A stretch of DNA of 35,687 nucleotides from positions 303,589 to 339,275 of the forward strand of contig NMRA01000103.1 in assembly GCA_002633005.1 (NCBI GenBank). Direction: 5' to 3'. Numbering within the stretch: the first letter of the stretch is position 1; each line of letters opens with the position of its first letter. The position numbers and the translations under genes are program-made. Below, one piece after another: positions 22,601 to 34,226 of the stretch. This stretch comes from Phoronis australis (taxonomy: Eukaryota > Animalia > Phoronida). Below the pieces are notes generated by a model that was given only the letters and a program-made list of their open reading frames with translations, was not told where the DNA came from and made no database searches.

Positions 22601-25600
22601 GATTATCTACAGTTCCTAACAAAAATAAATTGCTAGCCTCTCTCGAAGTCTGATAACATTGCCTGCCCCATGCTTGTTTCATGTACATAAACTGTTGGTG
22701 TAGCAATCCTAACACTGCTAATGTTCACCACTGTGCGTCTTAGGGATGGACGTTGGGATCCAATAGATCGATGCTGGCATCTACTTATAACAGATTCGTG
22801 CAATATCCTGGGCATGTGCATCAAGACCTGACTTACTTTCTTCGGTGTGATAGGTTTTAGTAAAAGGTCTAATATTACTGCTCTCCATGTATCTAAGATC
22901 TGTTTCAGTCTTGTAGGACAAATGGCAACTTGTGCCCAAAGCTCAAGAGTTTCTTCTTTGTAGGCAATTCTCTACTATTCCCCCACTACTGTTTTTGCAC
23001 CTCATGAATGTGGTCCCCGTAATCTGATTGCTCCGAGCCCCATTCCAGCATTCACCCAAGTCATTAAACTAATCTGCTTTTTTTCTATGGTCAGTGGGAG
23101 TGCAGGGCAATAGTCATTACATTTTTTGGAATTTAAGGCCTCAAACTACAGAACAACACACTACACAAAATATGTTCTTACTTCATCATCAAAAAGGATA
23201 TTCTGCAAATTAATCATGCTACAACCTGCAAACAGATTTCATTAAATTCAATGACCACTGAAACATGGGTGCAAATATTTATAACTAACCTCTGGTGTCT
23301 GATGTAGCAGTTATAAGCAATATTTAGTAGAATTTTGAATATGGCAACTGTAATTTATGTAAATTATCAATTATGCAAATTCATAATGACCATGAAAACA
23401 TGAGATGAATTCGAAAATAATCTACATGGAATGCCCCTAAGGAAATTCTGAGCAGAAACAGTACATGTATGTGGTACACTGGTGCCCTTTATGTGTATAT
23501 TATGAAAATTCATCATGCAACAAGACTTGCAAACTGAAACATAGGTAAAGACATTAAAATATTAGTTAACTTGGGGTGCCTAGTACTTCAGTTATAAGCA
23601 AAAGTAGAATTTTGAATAATGGCAAACTTAATTTGCATTTTAAGCAAAATATAATTTTGAATAATGCTGGCCTTAATTTACATTAATTATGCAAATTTAT
23701 CATGCAGCAACATGCAAACTGATTTCATTAAATTAATTGACCATAGAAACATAGGTGCAAATATGATAATTCACCTGTGATGATTGGTACCATAGCTATT
23801 AGAACAAGTAATTTTTTAATAATGGCAGCCTTAATCTGCATAAATTATGCAAAATGACAATGTATCCACCCAAAAACTTTTACTGTAATTAAATTCGTTG
23901 ACCATGGAAACATGGGTGAGAGCATCAAAATAACCTGCCTGCAGTGATTGGGAAGGAAATTATAAGCAAAAATAGCATAATGACAGCCTTAATTTGCGTA
24001 AATTGTGCAAATTGACAATGTATTCACCAAAAAACTTGCACTATATGATTAATTGACCATGAAAACATGGCGAAAAAGGTCAAAATAATCTGGCTGCAGT
24101 GCTTGGTAAAGTAATTATAAGCAAACATAGAATTTTGCATAATGGTGACCTTAATTTGCATATTTTAAAAATTGCTTAAGGGTTGCGAACGGTCACCCCC
24201 CCCCCTAAATCATGATTAACTATGCCTAGGCTACATGAAACAGCAAAGAAAAAATTTTATTCGGCAAATCCAGGTTAAGTAAGAAAACCGCATTTGGCTC
24301 CCGGACTAATATGGCAGTTCGACACTTCTTCTTCCGAATGCTGGAGCATGTTCATACCACAATCCACTCAATCAAGGGCACACGTCAAAGAGAAATTCCA
24401 CCAAATATTGAATTTTTATTACTTAGTAATCAATGCCAATTAACACTAGGAGATATAAAACAAAACTGGCAAACTGCAAAGCCAAGATAACTCCTAAGTG
24501 TCAAATATCCGCACTTTTCTTAAAAATTCCTAAAACATTGATTTTCAAGAAAACACCAGTGACAGGAAGGAAGTGGCACAGCATGTTCCAGTGTGCCAGC
24601 TGCCTAAACTCCAAGTTGTCTGTAATACTTACATTCCCCTCCTGGTATAAAGCGAACACCAATCCACCACAGAACAGGCATGGTGAAATGGTGATAAACA
24701 TGGAGGAACGTCAACTGCGAATTCTTCTTTCTCAAAATGAAGAAAAACTGTGAAAGCCAAAAGGGAAAGACAATTAAACACCGAGAAGGAACGGCGACTG
24801 TATTGGGTACCTTTTTATCAAATAACTCAAAGATGGTGTATACCATAAGGTAATACTCATAATTAGGCTATGATGAACACAGACCAAATCAACACATTAT
24901 GCACAGAGCTATCATTAACAGTCACGTACATGTATCTGTTTCCCAGACCCAGAAGTGTAAAAATAAAATTTTTCTCGTCGGCTATATTGTGTACTTAATT
25001 GGTGAGAGTTTACCCCAGTACAAAACCATGTGTCGCCTTTTCTGCAGTTAAGACCACATGCCACAGCACGCACTTAATAGTTCTGTGTCTCATGCAGAAC
25101 AGATTAAAACCAACAACCAACTACTAGTTATTACGTGCACAAAACACATTGTGCAGGGCATTGATTCAAACTTAAACTACTCGGTAAACTGTACGTACAG
25201 TGAAGCAGAAAACTGCTCTAATTGGCATGTGCATAGACCTGCAAATGCTCTATGAACTTGGGAATAATTAAAGTGTGTAGACTCAAATATGAACTTACTT
25301 CAAAACCAGAAAGTATTAATCTCTAATTTGAACTTAATGCATTGATCAGCATATTTTAACACTGATATGAATTCAAAATGTATTGATTTATAGCAAATTG
25401 TATAAGTGAATTTAGTTCTATGAATTTCATACAAATGACGCAAATTGTATAAGCTGTATACTGAGTTTAATACAACCAGACCAGCAAATTGGAAAGTTCC
25501 AGAATGAATATCAATTTCTTACACTTATATTAGTAAATGTATACAAAGTAATAATGTGAAATTATGTGACTCAGCAAATAATGGTGTAATGAGTACTACT

Positions 25601-28600
25601 AATTAATGAATATACTGTATCTCAACAAATTGTAAGAACTTAATATTTACTATAAATTTAAAAGATCTAAGTATTAACTGAATCAGTGGATTATATCAGC
25701 TCTAATATGAATTTGCTGTGAATTCGGAAAATTGTAATACGCTCTAAATTACTGAGTCAACAAATTGTAAAAGCTCTTGTTAACATTGTAACTAACGAGC
25801 GTATCAACATGAAAACTTTAGTACGAATTTATATCAGCATGAAATTAATGTCAGTAAATTCTTACTATTACTTCTAATGTGAACTTACTGTATTGGCTCT
25901 GACACGAGTCAGTTTGAGCTTTTACTTGAACTGACAGCATCAGCACATTGCATAAGCTATGATATATGAACTTCCTGTATCAGGAAGCAAATTGCACACT
26001 TTTATAAGAACTTATAGCATCAGCAAAATAGATCAGCTCAAATAAGAACGTAATATTCCAACCACCCAATTGGTAAGTGTTTATATGAACTAAGTGCACA
26101 AACTCTAAATGCGAACTTACTGTATCAGCAAATTCCAGGATCTTTGAGAAGAAGAAGAGCCAGCATGCCCGTGCAAGCTGCAACGAAAAATGTCAAAATT
26201 TTTTAGCCAGAAAACAAAAGGAAAACCAAAGAACCACTGTGAAAATCAAGTGAAAAAAACACATCAAGGTGAGCAATCGTTCTTAAATTGACGTCACGGG
26301 CACAAAATAATGCAAGTGACTATAGCTGTGCTCAGACGAACTAAACCTGCCTGTAACTCTTAGTTGTAGCTATTGCGTATCAGTTACCATGACCAACAGT
26401 TAAAACAAGATGGTTAGTTTTAAAGGAAAAATTAATGATTCTGCTATTAGGCCTGTGAACAGTATATTCATGCACCCGTTCCAGATTCAACTCTCTTATT
26501 TTGTGGAGGTGGAAAAACTCATTGTATATAAATAGACTTAAATTTTTAAAATTTATGAGGACTACTATCACACAGCTTTTTAAGTTATTTCATTGCAATT
26601 CAAGTACAACAGAGTTTTTATTGTATCAGAATCACAAATGGTAGACTAATCATGATGCAAAATAGAGATTAGCACACAAGCTGTGTACAACTGTGGCTTA
26701 AGTGTGCACAGCATTGTGGGTAAATACTTTAGAATGATCACAGAGGGCGCCGTGGTACTGAAATGTGACTGGCCATGAGGTAAGACATCACTAGGGTTGA
26801 TTGGTACATGAAGACTAAAACCTTTCAGTGGATAGCATCATATCCATGAAATATTGAACAACTGACTGGACTGAACATAAACAACTGCATTTACGTATAA
26901 TGTAGTTTAGACATGTTATATTTTCTTACCCTCACTGCCATCGGGTCATCACTGTAATCCATAGGCTGACAACTGAGGCTAAACTTTGGGTTTAAGACGG
27001 TACTGACAAGAAACTGGAAGTAAAATGAGTGAGAATTAGTTGAAGATGTAGCTTCTGCGAGGTGTTCCCATCCCCAAAATGTGTTTCAAAAGTGCACCAT
27101 ATTCGTTTAAAAACATACAGCAAACGTGAGCCTGGTGGTACAAAAATAAACTATGGGTCTTCGTAAATTACATGTAGCAGAATTCACTTTTTTGATATTG
27201 GAAAAAGATGGATAATCTAATGTTTGGGTTTCCTTCATTTAATGCATATACATGTACACTGTGTTAGTCAGCCATGTGGAGTAAGCTCTCCAAACTACAT
27301 TTTGGCCTTTGCTGATGATGTTTTTGGAAAACGATACCAGCAGAGCTACGTGTGGCTCGTTGCATGTACTTAAACTGGAGATGCCCTATTCACACAGAAA
27401 ACATACCTCATGAAACATGTAGAGAGACAACAAAACCAATGAAAAGTTGTAGATCTTTAATACCGTGCAGAGTTTGTACGGTTCTCTCTTAGCCATGTAC
27501 TTGGGTCCTACTAACACGATCAGCAGATAGATGGCAGCACATGAGTATGTGTACAGAGGACTGGACATGAGGAAGAAGTCCTTGGTGCGAGGATCTGTAA
27601 GTACATAAATACACTTGAACTATCAAGAGAATTAAAAGCACATTTATTTCAATTGATAACTTACATGTAAGCCACCTCGAGTAGAAATTTCTTCGATGCA
27701 GTGAAGGTCTTTCATCAAGGTAATTGTGGAAATATGAATGTCAACTTGAAGTTGTAACAAATTACTTTACAGTGTTAACAGGGTGTCTTTGTACAAAAAT
27801 GGTAATTATTTTTCACAAATCACAGAAAATTACTTTTTTTCATTTTAAAAGGCTCATTGCAGTGCTAAGAAAACCAAATATTTACAGAAGTGTTGTTATG
27901 GCACGGTAAAGAAGTATGAACTGCATAATATGTTGATAATGGAGTTAGATTTTTCTTAATGTTCATTTTTGGAGACATTTGACAAGGTGAATAAATGCTG
28001 TAGACCTTAACTTCACATTCTTAACCTGACGTTTCATGTGGCCAAAAGCATGACCACAATGACTTTAATTTAAGTATGGCTTAAATGTGGGATCATTACC
28101 AAAGATTCAAAGATGTAAAGACATCATTTTGTTTGGACAAAATTGCATTATACAGTAATTAAGGCAACACAAAACCATGTTGCTTAAACGATGTGCTTGC
28201 CTATTCGAGTAATATCCAAGTCATAAAACAAAGAATACGTACTCAGTTTGGGCTTGGAGAGGGTAACTGGTCTACTAGCTTAGAATTTTGCGGATGGTTA
28301 TAAATCCTGTGTGTCGCTTACACACAATAGGCCTTTTAAAATTAACATACAAGTTCAATTCTTGGTGAACTCTGCTCTTAGTGATTGGTCTGCCCCAGTT
28401 AGACTGTGTAACTAAAGCTTAACAGAGAGTTTATGGTCCTGGCTGAGAAGATAATTGTTTTATTACCACCTGTGGATTAGTGAATAGCAGAGCCCTGAAT
28501 GCTGAAAAACCAAGCTTTAGACATTGACTTCAAGAATTAATGGCTTAATGTGCCCCTGGGTTCATGAGAACTTTTAGTGAGAGAGATTAGTTGCTGATGA

Positions 28601-29005
28601 ATGCCCTTTTCACCTGAATATGACTGACAAAGTTAGTAAAATTTTATTTTGTGAAATTCTTCAGCAAATATGGATGTTAAGAACACCAACTTCATTACAT
28701 GGTGTATACTGCACAGACTATCATGAAATTAATAAGTTTAGTGAAACTTTTAACATCTTAATAATAAAAATGTAATTTATTGCAATGTTGACAATTGTCC
28801 AAATGGGAATTTTTTTTAATACATTTATTGCCCAGACAACATCACGTAGCCAGTCTGAGGTTGGGGTGGGGAAATGATAATGTTCCGAGCCATCAATTTA
28901 AGCCAGGTTTTACAATAGAAACATGGCAGTAGTGGGGCATATCTTACCAGACAAATTGTTCATCGCATTGTTATACATTTCCATTGACCTTGTTACCACC
29001 TCCAT
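19403..29005 (-). CDS. ELOVL4: Very-long-chain fatty acid elongase (ELOVL family, ELOVL4/7/8-like), 279 aa; complement(join(19403..19612,20435..20562,24633..24747,26121..26177,26930..27013,27407..27594,28948..29005))
   Basis: [57 protein letters not shown] (HXXHH box), [32 protein letters not shown]; C-terminal KKTD (KKXX ER-retrieval motif). Phases are consistent (840 nt). Family is certain; the subfamily symbol is tentative. Confidence 0.92.
20435..20562 (-). CDS. ELOVL-A coding exon 6
   Basis: [43 protein letters not shown]. Confidence 0.93.
21137..24308 (-). mobile_element. Decayed Academ-type (XPG-domain) DNA transposon in an ELOVL intron
   Basis: Long inverted arms of AT-rich subrepeats (~21137-21580 versus ~23190-24308). 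The right terminus reads TAGTCCGGGAGCC on the minus strand. Internal frameshifted transposase remnants. The left terminus appears deleted. Confidence 0.8.
21800..23060 (-). pseudogene. Frameshifted, stop-interrupted Academ transposase remnant
   Basis: Manual translation, in order: [22 protein letters not shown]; ETLELWA; YHTEESKS; [10 protein letters not shown]; VVNISS; [30 protein letters not shown] (HALSGCD-type XPG/H3TH motif); [11 protein letters not shown]; [20 protein letters not shown]; [10 protein letters not shown]; [17 protein letters not shown] (decayed Cys finger). Confidence 0.8.
24633..24747 (-). CDS. ELOVL-A coding exon 5
   Basis: [38 protein letters not shown]. Confidence 0.93.
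25245..26136. repeat. Degenerate ~40-bp minisatellite that includes the ELOVL exon-4 splice donor
   Basis: Recurrent variants of CTCTAATATGAACTTACTGTATCAGCAAATTGTATAAG; GAACTTACTGTAT is identical at 25881 and 26113. Confidence 0.6.
26121..26177 (-). CDS. ELOVL-A coding exon 4
   Basis: [19 protein letters not shown]; ttgcag acceptor, gtaagt donor. Confidence 0.92.
26930..27013 (-). CDS. ELOVL-A coding exon 3
   Basis: [28 protein letters not shown]; ttccag acceptor, gtaaga donor. Confidence 0.9.
27407..27594 (-). CDS. ELOVL-A coding exon 2
   Basis: [18 protein letters not shown]...LSLYMFHE|gtatgt. Confidence 0.92.
28247..28501 (+). repeat. Diverged direct repeat, copy 1 (carries a ~90-bp insert relative to copy 2)
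   Basis: Shares gggtaact.gtct, agaatttt, acacacaataggcctttt and ctggctgagaa.ataattgttttatta with 30398-30565. Confidence 0.7.
28948..29005 (-). CDS. ELOVL-A coding exon 1 (exon extends to 29021 as 5'UTR)
   Basis: tttcag|ggattcttagccaacaATG; [20 protein letters not shown]|gtaaga; phase 1 joins to (G)AT CCT CGC. Confidence 0.8.
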
Positions 29006-30283
29006 TGTTGGCTAAGAATCCCTGAAACAAAAGAATAAATATTTGGTTTATTGATTGGTTCATCGATCATAATTCTTCAATAAGGTCACTGGGGTCAATT
29101 TACTCAGTACTTAAAGGGGCATTTCACGTAAAGCTATCAATGGCGAATTCTTACTCAAAGTGCTTTAGAGGCTTAAAACTATTGCAATGTCCATGAGATC
29201 TTGAATTGTTGCCGCATGAGCCGCAAGTCAAGTCATAGGAAATGCATACATGCGCCGTAGTTGAATATGCGATTTTAAGGTTGGACAACCCTAACAAAAT
29301 CTGAAGTGTATCCTTGATTCACTAGTGGTTTGTACCCACGCAGGCATTAGAAACATAGTGTGTTTCACTGCAACCCCTTGCACTGTATATACTCAAGAAC
29401 CTCAGTCATCAAGAAGCCTGAATGCTCATTCAAGGTCCCTTTACTTGTAGAGATCAATACCGCACTAGTGCTGACTACATGGAAATACACTTGCTAACAC
29501 AAACTGATACATCACGGACTAAAACTGATGGTTTTTCAAACTTTTCCCATAGTTTCTGAAATGATATTCTTGTGAAAAGTAGGATACAACAGTGAGTTTA
29601 TGAAAAGAAATAACACAGAAACAAGCCAAAACGAGCATTAAGTTTCAGTTCACTGGTACCCATTTATGGAGGCAGTACACTACTAAGTGTTTCCTGTAGG
29701 TTAATTTTTAAACCAGGGGTAGATTAGCCTGCATAAGTGGTGATGCAAAACAAAATAAATTGGTTTCACTTCATCATGGACTAAAATAGAAGTGGCCTTC
29801 GTATGAAGACTAGTATGGTTTGGAGTTGAAACCAAGCGGAAGGTTTTTGTCACGTAAAAAGGGCGAATACAGCATCTACCAATTCTTCACCTTCACACAA
29901 AGTTTGAGGGCCAAAATTATTTCTGTTTCTATTTTCAAGGTTGAAATACCATGTTACAAAAATGAAAACCTTAACAGTCAGTGGGCCTACAAAACAACCT
30001 AATGATAGACTGAACTCGATAAAATCTTTATTTTTGTTGAGAAATTTAAAACTGTCTGGTATTCTCATCTACCACATTACAATATTCAGTAGACAGGTTT
30101 ATTCTACCTCGGAAACACGACTGTTTACTCTATTTGATATTTATAACTGACAACACTTACCTAGTAAAAATACAGACCAATTGTCACCTTGGAACTACAT
30201 TATTACATATTAATTATTGTCCATCTGGTGTGTATTTCTATCCATGAAACTATAACAAATGACATAAACAATCTGGCATTAAT

Positions 30284-30389
30284 GGCCTGCATCTTGGTTC
30301 TCCATTTACTAAAAGCTATGTGAACACAGTCTATGCAGACCATTCATGTTCTGCTCAATGGACGTGAATGCTGAACCAGGATGCAGGCC
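30284..30389. repeat. Short inverted repeat / mini-MITE-like hairpin
   Basis: GGCCTGCATCTTGGTTC ... GAACCAGGATGCAGGCC (16/17 match), with inner cattta/tgaatg pairing. Confidence 0.6.
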
Positions 30390-30397
30390 CATTTCAT

Positions 30398-30565
30398 TTT
30401 GGGAGTGGAGGGGGTAACTAGTCTGCATAGTAGGCTCAGAATTTTATACATGGTTGTAAATCATGGATGTTCTTAACACACAATAGGCCTTTTGATATTT
30501 ATCTGGCTGAGAAAATAATTGTTTTATTATCCCCAATGGATGGATGAATAGCGGAGCCTGGAATG
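30398..30565 (+). repeat. Diverged direct repeat, copy 2
   Basis: Same shared blocks as 28247-28501, in the same order. Confidence 0.7.
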
Positions 30566-33315
30566 TGCTGGACCCTTTACTTCACATTCTATTGTTCATG
30601 GATTAAATAAGTACACTCATCAAGAAAACAGTCAACACATCAGGAAAATGTCTTAAAATAAATTCTGAATGTTTTGCACAATAATAAAAGGCAGAGACAC
30701 CCAATGGAAAAATAGACCAGAAACATTTCAGTGCACAGTCAGGCAACGTTGATTTGTAACATGAGCCAGCCAAATCAAACCAGAGAGGAATTGCAAGCCC
30801 AATGTGACACTGTTTTCACTCTGACAACAGAAAACTGGAGAAAGCTGGAGATAACGTCTGCAGAATCAAGGAAACCAGTTCATTTTCAAATTCACTGTAT
30901 TAATCAGCCTTGACTTAAATTTTCACTCTGCATGTGACACGTATATCTTAATCCAGTCATATTGAAACACAGAATGAAAATGAAACCAAAATAACTTAGC
31001 CACAGGTAGAGAAACATTTGTCAGATGTACTGGTCCTCACAGCTAGAGGCAAATAAAATATTCTTTCTGTAGTGATTGCAATGAGGGGTTTTTGAAAGTG
31101 GGACCAACACTTAATGCAGAACCAAATTAAGAGGAAACTCACATAAGTGTACATATCATTGAAAGATGGACAATAAATTGCATTTTATTTGCACCCTACA
31201 ACTGTGGGTGGGATCCCAATGCTTGTCTAGGGGTGATTAAGTCAATCCCCAACACTGTATTTGAACAAGCTAATACTTATAACTGAATAACTTGACACAT
31301 TCCTGTGTTAAGTATTAAACAAACAAAACATTTGATGAGAATTAGCTCAATTGCCAATTGAGGGCTATAGCATTCCCTTGCCAGTGCAATTTTGTTTTGA
31401 ATTGAAATGCACTGCTATGACATGTCATAAATTGTCCACTTACAACAATGAATGTGAATATTCAAGCTAGATAGCAATAACTGTAGAATGAGATTGGATA
31501 CACTTTATGGCATTCTGATATGTGAAATTTCAAAAAAGTTTGTACTAGTACTACTACAGTTTTGTTGGGCATTTTCTTCAAAGCTAGTTGAATACACTAG
31601 ATCGCACTCTAAGGGCTTGAATGAGAACCAAGCAGTCACTGAACAGGCCCGTTACTAGCAATTTATGTAGGCAGGTTTTGCTTGCCTTACATGATCCGAA
31701 CTGGAAGGTAGGGGCACCTAGCTGCTCCCCTAAATCTGCCAAACAATCCAGACAGTAGAATTTGCGGCAGACCCTTATTCCTGGCTATAACAATTCCATG
31801 CATGAAGGCCTATAGTAAAAACGGCTTTAATTTGCCCCAAGTATTTGTAGTGGTAACTTATTTTCTTCCATTGAACACAAGCTTATAGCGTTCACACTCT
31901 CAAATACTGTTTCTACCTCCACTCTAGGCCACATCCGTCGCCCTGGATGCCGTCGTAGGCCAACCGAGGCCGAGGGGCTACGTGTTGCCTATCTCCATTC
32001 AGTCTCATTATTTATGCCTCTGGCGCACTGGGAAGAACCGAGGACCATATCCCCCATACCCGAAGATTGAAGTCTCCATGCCACCATAGATTACAGAGTA
32101 TCTATGATGCCACCACAGAGGCGTGAGACTGTGTCGGCTTGTTCCCCTAGTTGACCTGAGACTACCGGTGCTTCTTGTAGTAAATCTGCTATTTCCACAC
32201 AAGGTATAAATCGTGTAGGCCGATCAGAGTGGTTCGTTCGGGAAAACGTACCTGGTTCCAATGGACCTTGCTTCAATTTGCGAGAGATAAGTTGAAAACG
32301 CGATGTCTTGGAACAAGGAGGGTGTTCATATTGCCCGGCAACAACTTGGTTGACTTGCAGCCAACAATAACCTATTGTACACTGGCAATACTATTCAGGA
32401 CAACAGTGCCCTGGACAATGGATAAAAAGAATTCCGTCTATGACCTATATTTGAATTATGTCAATAGCACACGATCATCTGGCAAAGGATAACCGGTGGC
32501 GGTGGAATCGTGCGTGTTCGTCTTCTAGGCAGTGAGTGCTAGTAAACGAGGTAATATTTTCGATTCGTTACTCGGTTTTTGAACGTGTTTTGTTACAGTG
32601 GTATTTGTTGTAATCTGCGATTGCTTGCGGTATGATGTTGTCGGTGATCTTTGTTTGACTTTGACTACGGCCAGACTGTAGTCCGCCCTTTCATGATCGC
32701 TTCATCTGCCTTCATCAGGCTTCTGAGCCTTCTGATCGATGCCGGGGCATTGTTTCTTTTGTATCTTCTCTACTCGTGAACACATTTCTTTCCTCGCATA
32801 TTGTGTCCAGTTGAAATACACGGACCTGTGGGGAGACACTGACTTACTTATCATGTTTTATTAAAGAATTTACTAATAGCTGTTTCACTGTTTAGCTCAG
32901 ATGAAATGTCAACATGTAGGCCTACGTGTTTGACTTACCAAGCATGGCAACGCCAAACAAAAGCATGATTGCTTACCAGTGACAATGTGTACTGTCCCAT
33001 GATATATTCGCTAATCCCTTGTGTCAGACTAAACTATATTTGGTTGTTTATTAGTGATGACATGTCAGCCACTATAATTTGTGATGCTATTCAATGGCAG
33101 GCCACAAACAGGAATAGAAATGTGCAATCACATCACATATTCAACAAAAAAAATTGCAAGTCTTGTTTTTTCCAGTTTAAGTAACCACAGGGGCAGTTGA
33201 GCCCTTGAATTTTTGTTCAAAATTATGTGCGACTTGAAACTGAATCAGTGGTACCAACAACAGAGTTGTACCCAAGACATTATGACTGTCTCAACTGGCA
33301 CCTGGCGACATCTCG

Positions 33316-33464
33316 TAGGCTCTCCAGAAGCATGGACGAATTTTGCCTCACACTGGTTAAATAATTAGTTGTGTTAGTATTATTAGTGCCTTTTGCACAT
33401 AGAGGTACACTTTAGAAGGCTGTTAGTTAAATCTTCTCTTCCTTCGAACTTGAACAAATATTCC
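33316..33464 (+). repeat. Diverged fragment of the same MITE family near the ELOVL promoter
   Basis: gacgaattttgcctcacactgg...ccttttgcacatagaggtacactttagaagg...aacttgaacaaatattcc aligns to 11150-11274. Confidence 0.7.
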
Positions 33465-33872
33465 TGGAATTTTTACGTACTACCGCCAGTGGATACGATG
33501 TGCAGGTGCTTGAGATGCAATATTTCAAGAAAAAAATATACTTAGCAATAGCAGCAACCTCAGTGTAATTTGTGACAATCAGAAACCATTCTTAAATGAA
33601 AAAAAATCACCTTCCCCCACTATTTTGGTTTGAAATAGGGTTACCATGTGGCACTAGTCGGATATAATGGTCCCTAACTTATTCCAAATAAATCCACTAA
33701 ATATAGGTCTAAATGAATGATATTGGTATCGTTGCATTCCTCAGACATCTGGCTATCCGTACAAATCCTTTTCACGACCCTCAATTACTCTAGTCTATAA
33801 CTACGCTATTCCGAACTCGGTCGACTTTAGCCACGCGCATCGTGAAATCGGCAGTCATTTCAGGGAACTTAC

Positions 33873-34041
33873 TATATCTAGCGCCATCGTTATTAATCAT
33901 CGTACGTCTGCTCTCGTCATCACCTTCGTCGTCTCTCTCACGATCGTATCTGTCATCGTCATGTTATCGTCGTCCATGTTGACTGATGAAAAAGGAACAG
34001 CACGTGTTGTAGCAAATTGCCGATAGATGGCGCAGTTTTGG
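33873..34041. promoter_or_regulatory. Putative bidirectional promoter / first exons of the two ELOVL genes
   Basis: CpG-rich; E-box CACGTG at 34001-34006; outward-facing donors ATA|gtaagt (minus, 33872) and TGG|gtgagc (plus, 34042). Confidence 0.5.
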
Positions 34042-34226
34042 GTGAGCATTACTCCCTAATGGAGGCTTCAGAGAAGGGTGTTTCCTTCCTTTGCCTATAT
34101 GGAATTGATCGTATCGTTATGTGTAACTGAACTGAAAAATTGTATGCGTGACAAGGTGAAGTACACATTTTTGGTGTTCACTGGAGACTTGCTCTGTTAC
34201 ACATGAATATTTGTTTCGTTTAGATT

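Noticed and set aside
23330-24165. Regularly spaced repeats superficially like a CRISPR array
   Set aside because: Eukaryotic intron; the 'spacers' are homologous to each other; no cas genes; explained as transposon subterminal repeats.
31927-31990. GC-rich patch considered as an HDV-like ribozyme
   Set aside because: Only small hairpins (CATCC/GGATG, GGCC/GGCC); the nested double pseudoknot could not be built.
32700-32710. In-frame TGA in the minus-strand frame as a selenocysteine codon
   Set aside because: No redox-motif context, no recognisable selenoprotein family and no SECIS element identified.
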